32,000 nucleotides of DNA. Origin: Methylophilus sp. GTDB taxonomy: Bacteria; Pseudomonadota; Gammaproteobacteria; Burkholderiales; Methylophilaceae. Numbering within the stretch: the first letter of the stretch is position 1; each line of letters begins with the position of its first letter. The DNA is taken from the NCBI GenBank assembly GCA_052437885.1, contig JBQVPB010000011.1, forward strand, positions 13,793 through 45,792, in the 5' to 3' direction. Both the position numbers and the translations under genes were made by a program. The notes beneath the pieces were generated by a model. The model was given only the letters and a program-made list of their open reading frames with translations. It was not told the origin of the DNA and ran no database searches. This document shows, piece by piece, positions 16,967-23,565 of the stretch.

Positions 16967-17248
16967 ATGGGTTTTGATCAATCAAAATATATTGAGTTGC
17001 CGAAATGGTCGGACGAGTTGCGGCATCTGTATTGGATGATTAGATTTGAACGCCGGAATGTAGCGACGCGTAGAAGGTATTACAGGAAGGTAGAACGCGA
17101 GAAATTGCGTTTAGCTGAACTTGGTATCAATCAAACAAAAATAGCGGCTGTATGCCGCTATTTATCAAACTTCAAGAATGCAGAAACTTTAAGCCGGATA
17201 TTGGCCGAGATTGAGGCCCAAATGACGATAGATTTTAGAACGGTATGA
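16967..17248 (+). CDS. conserved small basic phage protein of unknown function (att-proximal)
   Basis: 93 aa. Alignable over most of its length with 17290-17577 (SKY.ELP.WS..LRHLYW.IR...YYRKVE.EKLRLAE.GI.Q.KIAAVCRYL.NFKNA.TL). No family recognised. Confidence 0.6.
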   Translation: MGFDQSKYIELPKWSDELRHLYWMIRFERRNVATRRRYYRKVEREKLRLAELGINQTKIAAVCRYLSNFKNAETLSRILAEIEAQMTIDFRTV

Positions 17249-17272
17249 AGGCCTCTTATTCTCTGACCTCCT

Positions 17273-17300
17273 ATTTCGTATAATGTATATTATGTTAAAT
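17273..17300 (+). other. dif: complete dif-like XerC/XerD recombination site at the junction of the two prophages
   Basis: ATTTCGTATAA-TGTATA-TTATGTTAAAT. The central region and XerD arm are identical to E. coli dif (GGTGCGCATAA-TGTATA-TTATGTTAAAT). The XerC arm matches at 7 of 11 positions. Confidence 0.8.
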
Positions 17301-17577
17301 CGCAGAAGAAAGCTAAGGCCAACTGATAATCTGGTTCTGCCAGCGTCTTTCGCAATGTACTAGCGTTTTTGAAGTTACAAAGATAGCGGCAAACAGCCGC
17401 TATTTTTATTTGTGCTATCCCAGCTTCGGCCAACCGCAATTTCTCTTTCTCGACCTTCCTGTAATACTTCCTACGTTTCGACTCGATACGTCCTTCTACT
17501 CGAATAATCCAATACAGGTGCCGGAGACTTTCCGACCAGTCTGGAAGCTCTACATATTTGCTGCCGTCAAATGCCAT
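17290..17577 (-). CDS. conserved small basic phage protein of unknown function (att-proximal), phage B
   Basis: The track ORF starts at GTG 17631. The ATG at 17577-17575 (MAFDGSKYVELP) aligns with the start of the phage A homolog (MGFDQSKYIELP). The last codons and the stop lie inside the XerD arm of the dif site. Confidence 0.6.
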   Translation of the reverse strand: MAFDGSKYVELPDWSESLRHLYWIIRVEGRIESKRRKYYRKVEKEKLRLAEAGIAQIKIAAVCRYLCNFKNASTLRKTLAEPDYQLALAFFCDLT

Positions 17578-17579
17578 GG

Positions 17580-17639
17580 TTTTTATTGTTCTGTTGTAAA
17601 ACGTCCGTAATATAAATCTAGTGGCGGCCACAGCCGCCA
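17580..17639 (-). promoter_or_regulatory. phage B intergenic element: conserved 42-nt block plus a GC hairpin
   Basis: 17580-17621 is the counterpart of 16922-16963 (40/42). Hairpin TGGCGGC-CACA-GCCGCCA at 17622-17639 occupies the same relative position as the phage A hairpin but has an unrelated stem sequence. Confidence 0.4.
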
Positions 17640-17741
17640 GACGTTGCGCCCAGCCGTCCGCGGTGCCCGCTGCCAGCTTGTCGCACTAGGAAACGACAGA
17701 ATGTTAATTAGTGTAATCATTGGTTTAAGATAAAGAGTTGT

Positions 17742-17766
17742 AAAAAAAGCACCTAAAAGGTGCTTT
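17742..17766 (-). terminator. rho-independent terminator after zot (phage B)
   Basis: AGCACCT / AGGTGCT stem with loop AAA. A7 on the + strand gives T7 on the - strand. Confidence 0.6.
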
Positions 17767-17780
17767 GTTCGGCAAGGGGG

Positions 17781-18974
17781 TCAGTACTTTGTAGCTGGCG
17801 ACGGTGCGTGATACGTATCCCAGCTTCTCGAATCCAGATTGATGTTGTCTGCATCAGGGGGCTGTCGCCCCCTAATATCCCCCAAGGTATCCTTGGCCTT
17901 AGCTTCGATGGTTTGGGGCTTTTGTGGGTCCTGTGGCAGGGCGCAGATAGCTACTATCTTGGCCTTTTCGTATATCAGATATGAGGTGCAGTTGTTTGCT
18001 ACCTTAACCGAGTAGCCCAGCTCTTGCAGCTCATCACTTGTGGCCGTGAATCCATACTCACCATTGAAAAGCCTATAGTAGCTAATTTCCTTTCTAGCGC
18101 CCTTCACTGACCCCACCAGAACGAAAGTAAAGCCAGAGTATGGATGAATGTCATTTGAGACGTTAAAAGCTGGGTCTGGTCCTGAGTACTCTTGCGCCCC
18201 CGGGGATTCGTGCAATTCACCATCGATTAGATCCCGACGAGGTTTTTTTGAATCTGTGCCGGCTTTGCTGGGTGCGCTGGAAGCCGCTTCCTGTATAGGT
18301 TTATCACTCATGCGGCCAGAAATACTTGTAAAAGCTCGATAGCCCATATAACCCATAAAAACGACAGCTAGAGCAAGATATATCCAGACCTGATGAAAGC
18401 GCCGAGGTTGCTTTGTATGCATCTCGCTGGACTTGTAGTATTTGAAGGATTCTTTAGGCGGTTTAAATGCCCTCTTCGCCGCTGCATCTAAGTTTGCCTT
18501 ATTGTCCGTGTCGTTATATTCCGGCCATTCGTAAAGCTTGCGGCCGAGGATAGTATCTCTGATGTGGATATGGCGGCCGCAGAGGTGACGAACATTGACG
18601 TCTACAAGGTTAGGCTTTTGCGTAAGCAGGATTATATCTAAGCCCGTATGGCGGTGCGTTTCAAGTGCAGCAACGTATGGCGGTACTTTGGTTCCTGCAG
18701 AGCGTGGGCGGTAGACCCTCTGAGCTTCATCCAGTATCAGGTATGAGTTAGGAGGAAAGGTAAAGTAATCAAGCATTAATGACGGGTCATCAGGGTCTGG
18801 CCGCTTCTCTGTCCACTCTTCTACAGGTGGCGCCTTTACATGCTCGATTCTTAAGTCAGGTATGCCCATAACAAAAACAGGCCTCGCATTTGAGGCCTTG
18901 TCGTTTGCTAGGAGCATTTGAACGAGTAACGCAGTTTTGCCCATGCCAGGCACGCCAGTGATTATTGTAATCAT
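17781..18974 (-). CDS. Zot-family assembly ATPase (gpI-like), phage B
   Basis: 397 aa. ITGVPGMGKT (Walker A), LILDEAQ (Walker B), TM helix VWIYLALAVVFMGYMGY. The C-terminal domain is shared with phage A (DPAFNVSN..HPYSGFTFVLVG, YEKAKIVAIC, GDIRGRQP). Confidence 0.9.
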   Translation of the reverse strand: MITIITGVPGMGKTALLVQMLLANDKASNARPVFVMGIPDLRIEHVKAPPVEEWTEKRPDPDDPSLMLDYFTFPPNSYLILDEAQRVYRPRSAGTKVPPYVAALETHRHTGLDIILLTQKPNLVDVNVRHLCGRHIHIRDTILGRKLYEWPEYNDTDNKANLDAAAKRAFKPPKESFKYYKSSEMHTKQPRRFHQVWIYLALAVVFMGYMGYRAFTSISGRMSDKPIQEAASSAPSKAGTDSKKPRRDLIDGELHESPGAQEYSGPDPAFNVSNDIHPYSGFTFVLVGSVKGARKEISYYRLFNGEYGFTATSDELQELGYSVKVANNCTSYLIYEKAKIVAICALPQDPQKPQTIEAKAKDTLGDIRGRQPPDADNINLDSRSWDTYHAPSPATKY

Positions 18975-19240
18975 AGGATACCCAGCCTTTTAACGACCAT
19001 GAGAGAAGCCGCAGAGGTAATGCCGCCAAGCATTATTCCTATCGATTCAGGAATACCCATCATTGTGGCTATACCGAGTATGTCAGATGTAGTGCCACCA
19101 ATCGATTGATTAATCATTGTGGTTAACTGACCTATTGCCATATCGAAGCCAGTAACCGTAATAATGCCTATGCCTAGTGCGACCATAACCCTTTTTGCGA
19201 TTGGTGCGACTAGTGCGAGAACCCAAGCAGCCCAAGTCAT
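18971..19240 (-). CDS. gpVI-like minor coat / DUF2523-like membrane protein, phage B
   Basis: 89 aa. ATGA overlaps with both neighbours. Homolog of 15306-15575. Confidence 0.6.
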   Translation of the reverse strand: MTWAAWVLALVAPIAKRVMVALGIGIITVTGFDMAIGQLTTMINQSIGGTTSDILGIATMMGIPESIGIMLGGITSAASLMVVKRLGIL

Positions 19241-20535
19241 GAATTAGCCCCTCTCAAACCCATAAATAAGAACATGGCCGCAGACAGATAAGCGAATGCA
19301 AGCATGAACGGTTTAAACATGGATGCGTAATTACAAAGCCATGTATAACTGAATGTGATTGACTTGCCAGCTATAGATACTGACTTGTCGGCAGGGCATG
19401 AACCGCCTGAGGTAATGGTTACAGGTGAAAAGTTGATTGTTCGTGCGTCTGTAGTGAGATTATCGCCCTCCTCAGCTTCACCAACCTTCATGCATCTAGG
19501 CAGGTCTGGGTTGTCCTCGCAGGAATCTTCGCCCTCCTCATCCTCACTGGCAGGTTTCTTACATATCGGGTGCGTAGGGTTTGATGCACAAAATTGATAG
19601 ACAGGCTCTGTCTTTGTTTCTTCGGTTTTTGTGCCGTCAGGATTCGTTTTTATAGTCTGGCTTGTTACTTGATCGCCATCCTGTGTGGCGTTCTTTGTTT
19701 CAGTGGAGGTATTAGAAGTACTGTTTCCGGCTGAATCTGTGTTAGTCGTCGTTGTGGTACTTTGGTTTGTTTGGGTAACGGGCGCAGCACTAGCTGAGCC
19801 TTTAGGTACGCAAACTGGAACACCGTTTACATAACCGAAACTTTGCCCTTTTCGTACGCAATCAGTTTCTGGCTTATCGGTAGGGTCTGGGGCGTTTGTA
19901 GGGTTTGAAAAGGAAGCCGCAGAAGGTTGTCCGCTACAACCCTCTCCCGAATATCTGGCTGTATTAATACCATAATAACAACTGGTGACAAATACGCTTG
20001 TAGTGTCAACGATGACGGCCGCACAGTTATTTGGCATACAAACGCCCTGACCTGATGAAGTTCCAGCTGAGCAATTCAAACCGAAAGAGCCCATCTTGCC
20101 TTTCATTGGTAGGCAGTTGTCCTCGCATTGGTTTGTAGCTGTATTCAGCGTGGTGCCAGTGGGGCAAGCTGCTATTGTGCATGTGCGCTGATAGATGTTT
20201 GTTTGGTTTGCTGCACCAAGTAGATAACCAGCCGGGCAAGAATGCTGGGCTAATACATTCAGGTTTGAAACGGAGGTGCCTGTCGAATTGTATGGGGTAG
20301 ACTTAATCCAACATGTACCTAGCAGATTGCGTCCACCGGGGTATGAAACAATCGCACTAATTAATGTTCCATTGTTTGCAACCTGTCGAGGTGCACCAGA
20401 TGAACATGCAGCTTCCTGAGTATCGTAAAAGTTATCAGGAAAGCCTGACAGGTAAAAACGAGGCTTAGCGTATTCCTGAGCTGAGAAACAGGAGCTAGAA
20501 ACCAATAAGAGGAAAAGAAGAGATAGCAGCTTCAT
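19237..20535 (-). CDS. adsorption / minor coat protein (gpIII-like), phage B
   Basis: The track ORF starts at 20583. The ATG at 20535 gives a clean signal peptide MKLLSLLFLLLVSSSCFSA/QEY. It has the same Cys pattern, Thr/Asn linker and C-terminal TM helix as phage A. Confidence 0.65.
   Translation of the reverse strand: MKLLSLLFLLLVSSSCFSAQEYAKPRFYLSGFPDNFYDTQEAACSSGAPRQVANNGTLISAIVSYPGGRNLLGTCWIKSTPYNSTGTSVSNLNVLAQHSCPAGYLLGAANQTNIYQRTCTIAACPTGTTLNTATNQCEDNCLPMKGKMGSFGLNCSAGTSSGQGVCMPNNCAAVIVDTTSVFVTSCYYGINTARYSGEGCSGQPSAASFSNPTNAPDPTDKPETDCVRKGQSFGYVNGVPVCVPKGSASAAPVTQTNQSTTTTTNTDSAGNSTSNTSTETKNATQDGDQVTSQTIKTNPDGTKTEETKTEPVYQFCASNPTHPICKKPASEDEEGEDSCEDNPDLPRCMKVGEAEEGDNLTTDARTINFSPVTITSGGSCPADKSVSIAGKSITFSYTWLCNYASMFKPFMLAFAYLSAAMFLFMGLRGANS
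19589..19641 (-). repeat. 53-bp block, perfect inverted copy of 14911-14963
   Basis: The reverse complement equals 14911-14963 exactly. Lies inside the gpIII-like gene. Confidence 0.95.
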
Positions 20536-20608
20536 TTTGTGAGAGTGATAACAGGTAAAACCACAATAAGGAAGCCAGCCCAAAGATAAATGTTTGCAAG
20601 TTCATCCA

Positions 20609-20941
20609 TTAGAACCTCACTCTTAAAAAGCGCCACAGAAAAGCCACTATGATCGCGCCAGCTACAGCAGCACCGAGTTCAGTACCAGCTATAAATTGGG
20701 CGGTTGGGTCGCTATGGTCTGTACATGTTGAAAACGCCGGAAAGTTGATGTCAGGGCATTGAGTAAGGCCACCAGTAGACAAACTGTGAGCGCCCATGCA
20801 CCAAGCACCAGAGACTTTTTCAGGGTAGAAAAAAACGCTTGTTGAATCGTTAACAACGAATGCAGGCTGCATAGATTGTGCATATGCATCTTGTGCCATA
20901 GTCTCAGTTGAATAACAAACATCTTTTAGTTGATAACCCAT
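20609..20941 (-). CDS. phage B protein with a C-terminal TM anchor (minor virion or assembly protein)
   Basis: The ATG at 20941 (MGYQLKDVCY) aligns with the phage A homolog start. C-terminal helix is LGAAVAGAIIVAFLW. Confidence 0.55.
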   Translation of the reverse strand: MGYQLKDVCYSTETMAQDAYAQSMQPAFVVNDSTSVFFYPEKVSGAWCMGAHSLSTGGLTQCPDINFPAFSTCTDHSDPTAQFIAGTELGAAVAGAIIVAFLWRFLRVRF

Positions 20942-21001
20942 GATTTTGTCCAAAAAATGGCGAGGTGATGAACCCCGCCAAACTCGAAGGAAGCAAGCTT
21001 A

Positions 21002-21193
21002 TTAACCAGCCTTGCGCTTCAACCAGAACAGAACACCAACGGTTACAGCCATGCCCAAAAACAGGCCACCAAGTGTTACACCGTCAGCTTCGGCAGTTGC
21101 AATCGCGTCAGCTACACCAGCTGGCAGAGCAGCCATTGCAGAAGTTGCCAGACCAGTTAAACCCAAACCTAATGCATAAGAGATACGTTTCAT
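21002..21193 (-). CDS. major coat protein (gpVIII-like), phage B
   Basis: 63 aa. Signal peptide MKRISYALGLGLTGLATSAMA, an acidic segment, hydrophobic core LGGLFLGMAVTVGVLFW, and a basic tail LKRKAG. Confidence 0.7.
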   Translation of the reverse strand: MKRISYALGLGLTGLATSAMAALPAGVADAIATAEADGVTLGGLFLGMAVTVGVLFWLKRKAG

Positions 21194-21268
21194 GATTACA
21201 CCCTTTAAAAAAATCGACAGTAGACGACTGTCAGCGTAGTGGCCAGAAAGGCCAATTCGATAATTCGG

Positions 21269-22216
21269 TTAATCCACATAAGCAGAACGGAGGATGTAAA
21301 TATCCTCCCCCCTATTCCAGGGAATCATTTGTGTAGGATGTTGCCCTGTGACAAATTGGGCTATTTGTGACACCTCGATTAGGGCGTCAATGAAGTCTTT
21401 ACCGCCTGCATTACAGGCCATAAGCACTTGGTTAAACTCGATAGGTTTAGGAATATCACGCGCTTTTAGATAGCGGTGTTGCCCCAACTCCGAAGTGTGT
21501 GCGAAGTCCTTATCAATGTATTTTGTAAGGTAACGAACAAGGGAAAAAGTCTTATGTGTTTCTGATTGATTACCCCAGCGTTTCTGGCGGTATTGCACAT
21601 CAACTTGACCAAGCGCAGTATCGCCAGCATCAGAGATATTGCCACCCAGCGCGACATACCAACAGGCACGTAGGAAACGAATGTCCTGACGACCAACCAC
21701 AGCGCAGTGAAGATGATATGCACCACGGTCCTGTAGTTCAGGGACAGCCACGTAAGCATAGGATTTACGCGGTACTGTAATGAGGCGACCATTGACCAGA
21801 ATCTTTGTGCGGACAAGTCTAATAAAGCGCTGGAAAATTTCGAAGTATTTAGCGCGCTCTGTAATGTTTTCACGGGTCGTGAGTGTGAGCAGATGATCAG
21901 CGCCGATTTGACGGATTGCATAGTGAACAGATTTTTTTGCACGTCTTACCGCCCTTTCTAAGTTTTCTGCATCTTTAGCAGCCTTCTCTTCATCTGTCAG
22001 TGTGCGAGCGTACGTAGTTAACTCGCCGTATGTCGGCTCTTGAGTTAGCTTTGGAATTGTATGCTTAATGCGCGTCATGATGAAGTCGATAGTGTTATTT
22101 GCAAAGGTCACAGTCTTAAGTTTGTATTCGTGTACGCTTTCAATGCTTCTATGGTTCTTTGGGTCAAGGTAGTCATCGTTGACAACTGAATCAAAGGTAT
22201 TTAAAGTTAAGTCCAT
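21269..22216 (-). CDS. rolling-circle replication initiator (HUH endonuclease, gpII-like), phage B
   Basis: 315 aa. RGAYHLHCAV (HUH) and LVRYLTKYIDKDF. Long identical runs with phage A Rep (DHLLTLTTRENI, FIRLVRTKILV, YVAVPELQDRGAYH, LRACWYVALGG). Confidence 0.8.
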   Translation of the reverse strand: MDLTLNTFDSVVNDDYLDPKNHRSIESVHEYKLKTVTFANNTIDFIMTRIKHTIPKLTQEPTYGELTTYARTLTDEEKAAKDAENLERAVRRAKKSVHYAIRQIGADHLLTLTTRENITERAKYFEIFQRFIRLVRTKILVNGRLITVPRKSYAYVAVPELQDRGAYHLHCAVVGRQDIRFLRACWYVALGGNISDAGDTALGQVDVQYRQKRWGNQSETHKTFSLVRYLTKYIDKDFAHTSELGQHRYLKARDIPKPIEFNQVLMACNAGGKDFIDALIEVSQIAQFVTGQHPTQMIPWNRGEDIYILRSAYVD

Positions 22217-22246
22217 GTTTAAGCCATTCCGAGTGGTTTAAATTAG

Positions 22247-22280
22247 AAAAAGCCAATTGATTACAGTCAGTTGGCTTTTT
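22247..22280 (-). terminator. conserved hairpin between the small gene and rep, phage B
   Basis: Counterpart of 12215-12249. It is the AGCCAA...TTGGCT stem flanked by A and T runs. Confidence 0.45.
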
Positions 22281-22289
22281 CGTTGTCTA

Positions 22290-22553
22290 TCACGCTGGTT
22301 TTACTGGTAAGAGGTCAACAATAGACGGTACTAAGCGCCCGTTATCCCCTGCCCTGTTACGAACCACGGCTGTATATTTGCCGCCTTCTTTGTACGAATT
22401 CAATTTGTCCAAATCGCCGTAAACAGGGATATTGCCTGCTACTTTGGCTTCTATGTCATAAACTTGGAATGTGCGGCGGTGCCACTCTGTACCGCGCTGG
22501 GATTTGCCGGATTCTGTTTCGCCGATAGATAAAACTTGAATTTGAATTGACAT
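22290..22553 (-). CDS. small phage protein, possibly ssDNA-binding (gpV-like), phage B
   Basis: 87 aa. Homolog of 11926-12207. The function is tentative. Confidence 0.5.
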   Translation of the reverse strand: MSIQIQVLSIGETESGKSQRGTEWHRRTFQVYDIEAKVAGNIPVYGDLDKLNSYKEGGKYTAVVRNRAGDNGRLVPSIVDLLPVKPA

Positions 22554-22622
22554 GATTTAAGCCCTTATATAGCCCCTTGTGTGTGTAAATCGGAACTATG
22601 GGGGCAGGTTCATAGTCCGTGT

Positions 22623-22666
22623 TAAAGTTAGGACGTATGTTAATCCTAAGTTTATGACGTTGTCAA
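22623..22666 (-). promoter_or_regulatory. candidate early promoter of phage B with two operator-like repeats
   Basis: On the minus strand: TTGACA (22666-22661), 18 nt, TAACAT. Repeats ACGTCATAAACTTA (22660-22647) and ACGTCCTAACTTTA (22636-22623) match at 11 of 14 positions. Confidence 0.35.
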
Positions 22667-22722
22667 TACTTTAGAACGGTATAAAATACTGACTATTGAA
22701 ATAAAGCTGATAGGAGCTATAA

Positions 22723-23028
22723 ATGGCCGGATACGGACTGATTGAAGCAATCAAAGAAAATACAGATTTGAAAAGCGATTATGCGATCGCAAAGGAAATC
22801 GGCGTAGGCAGGCAGAATATAAGCACCTGGAAGAACACGGGAACGATGCCAGACGCGATAACGGTATTGAAGTTAGCAGAACTAGCCAAGCTGACACCAT
22901 CACAAGCCCTAGCGAAGCTGCAAGGCGGCTATGCAAGTGTGTCACTGATGGTAGTGACAGCAACCCTTTCTATCGCCCTGCTTTCAAGCCATTTCCCAGC
23001 TAACCCACTGTATATTATGTTAAATTAA
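22723..23028 (+). CDS. phage B HTH (Cro/CI-type) regulator with a hydrophobic C-terminal segment
   Basis: 101 aa. HTH is DYAIAKEIGVGRQNISTWKNTGTMPDAITVLKL. Hydrophobic stretch is VSLMVVTATLSIALLSS. TAGGAG lies upstream of the ATG. The 3' end overlaps the hybrid dif site. Confidence 0.7.
   Translation: MAGYGLIEAIKENTDLKSDYAIAKEIGVGRQNISTWKNTGTMPDAITVLKLAELAKLTPSQALAKLQGGYASVSLMVVTATLSIALLSSHFPANPLYIMLN
22998..23025 (+). other. hybrid dif-like site (outer att of prophage B): degenerate XerC arm plus central region plus perfect XerD arm
   Basis: AGCTAACCCAC-TGTATA-TTATGTTAAAT. The 17 nt TGTATATTATGTTAAAT are identical to 17284-17300. Confidence 0.7.
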
Positions 23029-23118
23029 AGATATGCGGCAATTCAGTGCCATAAACGCATTCCCCCTGTTGTGATTTGAGTTACTATCTGGACACATCCA
23101 TGCCACAAGGTGCTTAAG

Positions 23119-23511
23119 ATGAAAAATGTTTATGTTTGCATTGCCAGTTTGTTTATTGCAGCATGCACTACGCATCACAGTCACACCGTTGCACATCCGC
23201 AAGCCCCGTCCACTGTCACAAACCCTGTGCAGATCACCGGTAAAGTTGATCAGGCACTTAGGAGTGGGATCTTGGGAAAAAGCGTGACCAGCACTGTGTT
23301 CATTTATTTTGACGAGGTGCTGCATATCACCGGCAAACTGGATCGTACTGGCTTTGGCGAGCTGCCGGGGATCAGTTATCAGGACAAGCGGGTTTCCAGC
23401 ACTTGTAACTCCAGGCCTACCGGCCCTAAAACTGCCGAGTTAAGCTGTATGGTATTTATTGACAGTAAACCTGCGACCACCCTGGTCATGGAAACCAAGC
23501 GCAACAGATAG
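23119..23511 (+). CDS. hypothetical lipoprotein
   Basis: The track ORF starts at GTG 23110. ATG 23119 gives MKNVYVCIASLFIAAC with a lipobox-like FIAAC. No family recognised. Confidence 0.55.
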   Translation: MKNVYVCIASLFIAACTTHHSHTVAHPQAPSTVTNPVQITGKVDQALRSGILGKSVTSTVFIYFDEVLHITGKLDRTGFGELPGISYQDKRVSSTCNSRPTGPKTAELSCMVFIDSKPATTLVMETKRNR

Positions 23512-23565
23512 CGCCGATATCAGCGCCCTATTTTTCATTGTTCGCTTTTATAGAGGCAGTCATGC

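Larger units (their letters stand above)
11452..17300 (+). mobile_element. inovirus-like prophage A (Xer-dependent integrative element), including its flanking att sites
   Basis: Complete filamentous-phage gene set (Rep, coat, pIII-like, pVI-like, Zot/pI) bounded by dif-like 28-mers at 11452-11479 and 17273-17300. No integrase. Confidence 0.85.
17273..23025 (-). mobile_element. inovirus-like prophage B (Xer-dependent integrative element), inverted relative to A, including its flanking att sites
   Basis: Mirror-image copy of the phage A gene order on the minus strand, with diverged sequences. Bounded by dif-like 28-mers at 17273-17300 and 22998-23025. No integrase. Confidence 0.85.

Noticed and set aside
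15572-18974. Zot-family proteins as enterotoxins or virulence factors
   Set aside because: The Zot domain here is the standard gpI-type assembly ATPase of filamentous phages (Walker A/B, TM helix, periplasmic domain). Nothing in the sequence supports a toxin role.
11452-23025. Inverted duplication as an assembly artefact (collapsed or mirrored repeat)
   Set aside because: The two copies differ substantially at nucleotide and protein level throughout. Coats and regulators are strongly diverged, and Zot is 409 aa in one copy and 397 aa in the other. They are distinct phages.
9771-23100. Classical tmRNA-targeted genomic island or prophage (integrase-mediated insertion into the 3' end of ssrA)
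   Set aside because: No tyrosine or serine integrase is present. I find no direct repeat of the ssrA 3' end (only an 8-nt ATTCCCCC match near 23049-23056). The prophage boundaries are explained much better by the three dif-like sites.
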